Assembly (NCBI GenBank): GCA_038881595.1
Contig: JAVZPM010000002.1
Span: 64,001 to 128,000, forward strand
From: Candidatus Micrarchaeia archaeon
GTDB lineage: Archaea; Micrarchaeota; Micrarchaeia; CABMEP01
Direction: 5' to 3'
DNA length: 64,000 nt
Shown: piece by piece, positions 58,954-64,000 of the stretch
Layout: each line of letters starts with the position of its first letter
Numbering within the stretch: position 1 is the stretch's first letter
Position numbers and translations under genes: made by a program
The notes under the pieces: generated by a model
The model's database searches: none
What the model saw: the letters and a program-made list of their open reading frames with translations, nothing else
What the model was told of the DNA's origin: nothing

Positions 58954-60681
58954 TTATCTTTTAGAAAACCATTCTATTAGTTTTTTGAAATCCATTGTAT
59001 TTAAAATATCATTCTTTTCACACCACCCTCTTCTTGCCACTCCAATTCCATATTCTATATAATTAAGATGGTCAACTGCATGTGCGTCAGTGTTTATACA
59101 TAATTTTATTCCCATCTCCTTTGCTTTTCTTGCATATATGTCATTTAAGTCTAATCTTAATGGAAAGCTATTTATTTCCATTGCTATCTTTCTCTCTTTA
59201 CATACTTCCATAATCTGATCCATGTCAACTTCATAAGGCATTCTTTCATTTATGAGTCTTCCTGTTGGATGTCCAAGTATCTTTACATATTTATTTTCTA
59301 ACGCTTTAAGAATACGGTTTGTCATTTCTGATTTGGGTGATTTGAATCTTGAGTGAACTGAAGCTACGACATAATCCAATCTCTTTAATATATCATCAGA
59401 ATAATCCAAGCTTCCATCTGGAAGTATGCTTACTTCGCTGCTATGCAGAATTTGTATTCCTTTTATTTTTTTTCTGATTTCTTTTATAGCTTCAATCTGT
59501 TCTTGAATTCTTTTTTCACTCATTCCATTTGCAATTCTTTCTGATTTTGAGTGGTCTGCAATTCCAATATATTCATATCCTTTTTTCTTTGCAGCTATTA
59601 CCATTTCCTCTATTGTTCCACTTCCTTCTGACCAATTAGTATGAACATGGAGGTCTCCTTTTATGTCTTTAATCTCTATAAGATTTGGCAATTTGTCCTC
59701 TATTGCAGCCTTTATCTCTCCTTTATTTTCACGAAGCTCAGGTGGGATCCATTTCATTCCAAGCTTTTCATAAATTTCTTCTTCATTTTCTCCAGCAATT
59801 TGCTTTTCTTCTTTAAATATCCCGTATTCGTTTAATTTCCATCCTTTTGAAATTGCAATCTTTCTCAATTCAATATTATGCTCTTTATTGCCAGTAAAAT
59901 ACTGCAAGGCTGCGCCAAAAGATTTTGATTCGATTATCCTTAGATCCACCTGAATCCTATACTCCCCTTTTTCTATAACAACCATTGATTTCTTCTCTCC
60001 TTTAGCGAGAACTTCTACAACATTAGAAAGAGAAACAAATCTATCCATTATTTCTTTTCCGTCAGTAACTTCAGCTAATATGTCTATATCACCTATTGTT
60101 TCCACTCTTCTTCTTAAAGAGCCACCAATCTCTATTCTTTTAACTCCTTTCGTACTCTTCAATTCTTCTACGATCTCTCTGGCTATAGGAAGCGCAACCC
60201 CAAGTGGCAACCTTTCCTTTCCTTTCTTTGCAATCTCTATTGCCTTGATTATGTTTTCTTCTGTTTTTTCTCCAAACCCTTCTAATTTTGCAATTTTACC
60301 CTCTTTTGCTGCAGCTTCCAGCTCCTCTATTGAATTTATTTTGAGTTCCTTGTATAACCTTATTGCCTTTTTTGGACCCAAACCTTGGAGATCCATTATT
60401 TCTCTTAGTCCTTTCGGTATTTTTTTCCTTAATCTTTCATATTCCTTAACTTTACCTGTAAGTATGAATTCCTCTGTCTTCTTTGCTATGGCCTCACCAA
60501 CCCCTGGGATCTCCATCAAAGCTTTTATTCCACCTTTTTTGTATACCTCTTCTATAGGTTCAGAAAGAGTTTCTATGGCCCTTGCAGCCTTTCTATATGC
60601 AATAGGTTTCCATTTTACATCTTGTAATTCAAGTATGTCTGCCATTGCATAAAATATGGCTGCAATTTCAATATTCTTCAT
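58954..60681 (-). CDS. polX: DNA polymerase X with PHP domain
   Basis: AYRKAA, HhH GVGE/GLGPK, GSLRR, GDIDIL, YFTG.KEHN; PHP DLHVHT, DHS, NTDAH. Confidence 0.95.
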   Translation of the reverse strand: MKNIEIAAIFYAMADILELQDVKWKPIAYRKAARAIETLSEPIEEVYKKGGIKALMEIPGVGEAIAKKTEEFILTGKVKEYERLRKKIPKGLREIMDLQGLGPKKAIRLYKELKINSIEELEAAAKEGKIAKLEGFGEKTEENIIKAIEIAKKGKERLPLGVALPIAREIVEELKSTKGVKRIEIGGSLRRRVETIGDIDILAEVTDGKEIMDRFVSLSNVVEVLAKGEKKSMVVIEKGEYRIQVDLRIIESKSFGAALQYFTGNKEHNIELRKIAISKGWKLNEYGIFKEEKQIAGENEEEIYEKLGMKWIPPELRENKGEIKAAIEDKLPNLIEIKDIKGDLHVHTNWSEGSGTIEEMVIAAKKKGYEYIGIADHSKSERIANGMSEKRIQEQIEAIKEIRKKIKGIQILHSSEVSILPDGSLDYSDDILKRLDYVVASVHSRFKSPKSEMTNRILKALENKYVKILGHPTGRLINERMPYEVDMDQIMEVCKERKIAMEINSFPLRLDLNDIYARKAKEMGIKLCINTDAHAVDHLNYIEYGIGVARRGWCEKNDILNTMDFKKLIEWFSKR

Positions 60682-60759
60682 GAATCAGTTTTATGTTGTT
60701 GGTTTTAAATATTTTATGTTGTATATCTATTTATATTCTATTTATTCAAAGTGAGAATC

Positions 60760-62691
60760 ATGAAGGCAAAATTACCAGACGGCTCTTCTTTAGAGTTCAA
60801 GAGCGGAGAAACCGGGTTTGATTTGGCAAATAAGATAGGCAAAAAATTAGCTAGTGATGCTGTTGCTTGCGTAGTCAACGGAAGGATTGTTGATCTTTCA
60901 TATCCTTTGACAGAAGACTGTGAATTCAAGATTCTTACATTCAAAGATAAGGAAGGAAAAGAGGTATTTTGGCATAGCGCAAGCCATGTAATGGCAAAAG
61001 CGGTTAAAAGATTGTTTCCAGATGCAAGGCTTGCAATAGGTCCTGCAATAGAAGAAGGATTCTATTATGATTTTGATTTGGATCACACATTTACTCCTGA
61101 AGACTTCAAGCTTATAGAAGAGGAGTTCAAAAGAATAGTTGAAAAGAATGAACCATTTCAAAGAAAAGAGATTACAATAGCAGAAGCAAAGAAAATATTT
61201 GCTGAAAGAAAAGAAAAATACAAGCTAGAGATGATAGAAGAATTGGAACAGCTTGGTGAACAGACAGTTTCTGTTTACTATACTGATAGTGATTTTGTTG
61301 ATTTATGTAAAGGACCTCATCTCCCTTCCACTGGTAAGATAAAGGCATTTAAGATAATGAAGAATGCAGGTGCTTACTGGAGAGGAAATTCAAGAAACAA
61401 GATGCTCCAGAGACTTTATGCAGTTGCATATCCAGAACAAAAGATGCTGGATGAATATGTAAGATTTTTGGAAGAGGCAGAAAAAAGAGATCATAGAAAA
61501 TTGGGAAGAGAGCTTGGCATTTTCATGACTCATGATTATGCATTGGCAGGAAGTCCATTCTTTTTGGAAGGAGGAGTGGTTATTTATAATGAATTGCAGA
61601 AGTTTCTGAGAGAGGAATATCTGAAAAGAAACTACAATGAAGTTATAACACCACAGGTTTTCAAGAAAGTTCTTTGGGAGACATCTGGACATTGGCAACA
61701 TTATAGGCAGAATATGTTTTCATTTGAGATAAATGGAGAAGAGTATGCATTGAAGGCAATGAACTGTCCTTCTCATCTTTTAATCTATAATTCTACATCA
61801 CACAGCTATAAAGATCTTCCGTATAGAATCGCAGATTTCGGCCAGCTGCATAGAAATGAACTTGGTGGTGTGCTTGGAGGATTGACAAGAGTAACAAAAT
61901 TTGCGCAGGATGATGCACACATATTTGTAACTCCAGAACAATTAGAGGATGAGATTTCTGATCTTCTTGCCTTTATTAAATACATTTATGGAGATCTTTT
62001 CGGATTCAAGTACAGAATGAAGCTATCAACAAAGCCAGAAGGTGCAATGGGAGATCCTAAGCTTTGGGAGAAAGCAGAAGAGGCATTGGCAAACGCATTA
62101 AAGAGAAATGGAATCGATTATATAATCAATCCTGGAGATGGAGCGTTTTATGGTCCTAAGATTGATGTTGATATATCTGATGCATTGAATAGGCCATGGC
62201 AGTGTGCAACAATACAGCTTGATTTCCAGATGCCATTGAGATTTAATGCAACTTATGTAGACAAGGATGGAACCAGAAAGCCAGTCATAATGATTCATAG
62301 AGCAATATTAGGAAGTATGGAAAGATTCATTGGAATACTAATTGAGCATTACGCAGGAAAGTTCCCAACATGGCTCTCTCCAGTCCAAGTAATTCTTCTT
62401 CCTTTGACAGATGATCAGGTTGAATACTGCAAAGAACTTGATAAAAGAATGCGAGAGGTGGGAATAAGATCTGAAGTCGATGCAAGAAATGAAAAACTTG
62501 AGGCAAGAATAAGAGATGCTCAATTGAGAAAGATTCCTTATATAATTACAGTAGGAAAGAGAGAAATAGCTGCAGCTACCTTGTCTGTAAGAAAAAGAAC
62601 CGGAGAGGTTTCATCATTACAAGTAGAGGAGTTCATAAAAAGAATAAAAGAAGAAATAGCAAGCAGATCAAAGGAGCTTAAGGTAATCTGA
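60760..62691 (+). CDS. thrS: Threonine--tRNA ligase (bacterial type, TGS + editing domain)
   Basis: WHSASH, DLCKGPH, RDHRKLG, MNCP, FYGPKID, IHRA..GSMERF. Confidence 0.97.
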   Translation: MKAKLPDGSSLEFKSGETGFDLANKIGKKLASDAVACVVNGRIVDLSYPLTEDCEFKILTFKDKEGKEVFWHSASHVMAKAVKRLFPDARLAIGPAIEEGFYYDFDLDHTFTPEDFKLIEEEFKRIVEKNEPFQRKEITIAEAKKIFAERKEKYKLEMIEELEQLGEQTVSVYYTDSDFVDLCKGPHLPSTGKIKAFKIMKNAGAYWRGNSRNKMLQRLYAVAYPEQKMLDEYVRFLEEAEKRDHRKLGRELGIFMTHDYALAGSPFFLEGGVVIYNELQKFLREEYLKRNYNEVITPQVFKKVLWETSGHWQHYRQNMFSFEINGEEYALKAMNCPSHLLIYNSTSHSYKDLPYRIADFGQLHRNELGGVLGGLTRVTKFAQDDAHIFVTPEQLEDEISDLLAFIKYIYGDLFGFKYRMKLSTKPEGAMGDPKLWEKAEEALANALKRNGIDYIINPGDGAFYGPKIDVDISDALNRPWQCATIQLDFQMPLRFNATYVDKDGTRKPVIMIHRAILGSMERFIGILIEHYAGKFPTWLSPVQVILLPLTDDQVEYCKELDKRMREVGIRSEVDARNEKLEARIRDAQLRKIPYIITVGKREIAAATLSVRKRTGEVSSLQVEEFIKRIKEEIASRSKELKVI

Positions 62692-62735
62692 TTTTTCTGT
62701 TTTTTGATTTTGACATTAGCTCTTTTTTTCATGAA

Positions 62736-63644
62736 TTACTTTTTCTCTTTCTTTTCTATCATGGGGTAGATAAAGCTGAATGCAATTAATATTATTCCTG
62801 CTCCAAATATCATTAATCCTTGTGCCAATATACTTCCAAATATTGGAGATAGAAAGTCAATTATGTTTGTCATTGTTATTAGCTGTTGAGATGATGTCAC
62901 TCCTGTTCCAGATACTGCATCCTTTACAACATTCGGCAAGAAGAATGATCCTGCTGATATTAATATCCCAGTTATCAGTAAAGGCCAGCCAAGGGTTTTT
63001 GCAAAGTCTTTCAAGTTAAGGGTAAGTATGAATATAATCACTACTATTACCAAAATTACAATAAATAACTGAGAAACCATGTTCTTAAACATCAGTACAT
63101 TATTTTTAAGATCGACAAGAGCTTGTTTTGTTCCAGGTGCAACCTGTTCAACATCAAGTGGATCAGGTATCGACTTTACTATGTCCAGTTCATTTGCTAA
63201 GCTGGTTGCAGCTGACTGAGACAATCCTATCTTGTCTATAATAAGGTTAGCAATTCCTTCTGCTATTTTGGGTTTGAGGGATATTGAAAGGTTAACGCCT
63301 TTTGTTTCATCATTAAGATACCACATTAAATTTCTTATATTTCTATCCACTTCTCCTTTCACCCATTCTTTGGTTATAGATTTTGACATTGCATTCTTCA
63401 GATCTGTTTCAGTTATTCCATACGTAGTAAGTTGACTTGCCGGGATCTGTGAAGATATCATGTTAAGCAATCCATTTTGTATTTTTATGTACATTCCTGT
63501 CTTTTCAAACTGAGTCTCATAATACTTTTGATCAAGAAGATTGGATTGAATTGTATTCATTATTATATAGGATGGCAATGCAGCCATTAGAATAAGTACA
63601 AGTATTCCGATTACAAATCCCTTAAGCAGATCAATTATACCCAT
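62736..63644 (-). CDS. Hypothetical membrane protein
   Basis: One N-terminal and three C-terminal TM helices. Confidence 0.7.
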   Translation of the reverse strand: MGIIDLLKGFVIGILVLILMAALPSYIIMNTIQSNLLDQKYYETQFEKTGMYIKIQNGLLNMISSQIPASQLTTYGITETDLKNAMSKSITKEWVKGEVDRNIRNLMWYLNDETKGVNLSISLKPKIAEGIANLIIDKIGLSQSAATSLANELDIVKSIPDPLDVEQVAPGTKQALVDLKNNVLMFKNMVSQLFIVILVIVVIIFILTLNLKDFAKTLGWPLLITGILISAGSFFLPNVVKDAVSGTGVTSSQQLITMTNIIDFLSPIFGSILAQGLMIFGAGIILIAFSFIYPMIEKKEKK

Positions 63645-63722
63645 ATATTCACCTATAATTTATTGAACATCAAATCTGATTGTTAATCTAAATTTATATA
63701 GTTTTCTCTTATATATTCAATC

Positions 63723-64000
63723 ATGGTTGAAGACGATTCAAAGAAGGAAGTTCTTGATGCAGATGCATATTATGAAAAAGGAAACTATTACTATGAACAA
63801 GGAGATTATGACAGAGCTATAGAAAATTACAACATGGCTATAATTCTTAATCCTAGATTTTTAGAATGCTATTTTAATAGGGCTTTATGTTATTATAATA
63901 AAAAGAATTATGACAAGGCAATAGAAGATTACACTAAAGCTATAGAGATTGATCCAGATAATCCAATGATCTATAACAACAGAGGAGATGCGTATTATAG
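63723..64000 (+). CDS. TPR repeat protein, 3' truncated by window edge
   Basis: MVEDDSKKEVLDADAYYEKGNYYYEQGDYDRAIENYNMAIILNP...YFNRALCYYNKKNYDKAIEDYTKAIEIDP tandem TPRs. Confidence 0.88.
   Translation, partial: MVEDDSKKEVLDADAYYEKGNYYYEQGDYDRAIENYNMAIILNPRFLECYFNRALCYYNKKNYDKAIEDYTKAIEIDPDNPMIYNNRGDAYY

Overview
AT-rich archaeal chromosomal segment, mostly core genes. It is probably DPANN (Micrarchaeota-like); this is an inference from gene content and divergence, not a computed placement. It contains a cluster of class III signal-peptide (type IV pilin-like) genes, ppdK, the rpoH-rpoB2-rpoB1-rpoA1-rpoA2-rpl30e-nusA-rps12-rps7-fusA superoperon, lonB, rpoE1/spt4, csl4-rpoL, two tandem FtsZ2-type genes, sua5/kae1/bud32, tyrS, thrS, class II RNR, cobalamin adenosyltransferase, iscS/iscU, fibrillarin and polX. 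It also holds five tRNA genes (all intron-containing, two at non-canonical positions), a box C/D sRNA and an eS32/eL41 gene missed by the ORF track. No CRISPR array, transposase or integrase was seen. The most unusual items are: (1) a full-length P-type ATPase homologue that has lost every core catalytic motif; (2) a shared hairpin+ATCAAAA element inside two tRNA introns; (3) a diadenylate cyclase-domain gene with a C-terminal hydrophobic segment lying between kae1 and bud32; (4) an IscS paralogue lacking the PLP lysine; (5) a C/D guide pointing at 16S C1402, together with substitutions in both decoding-centre loops of uS12.
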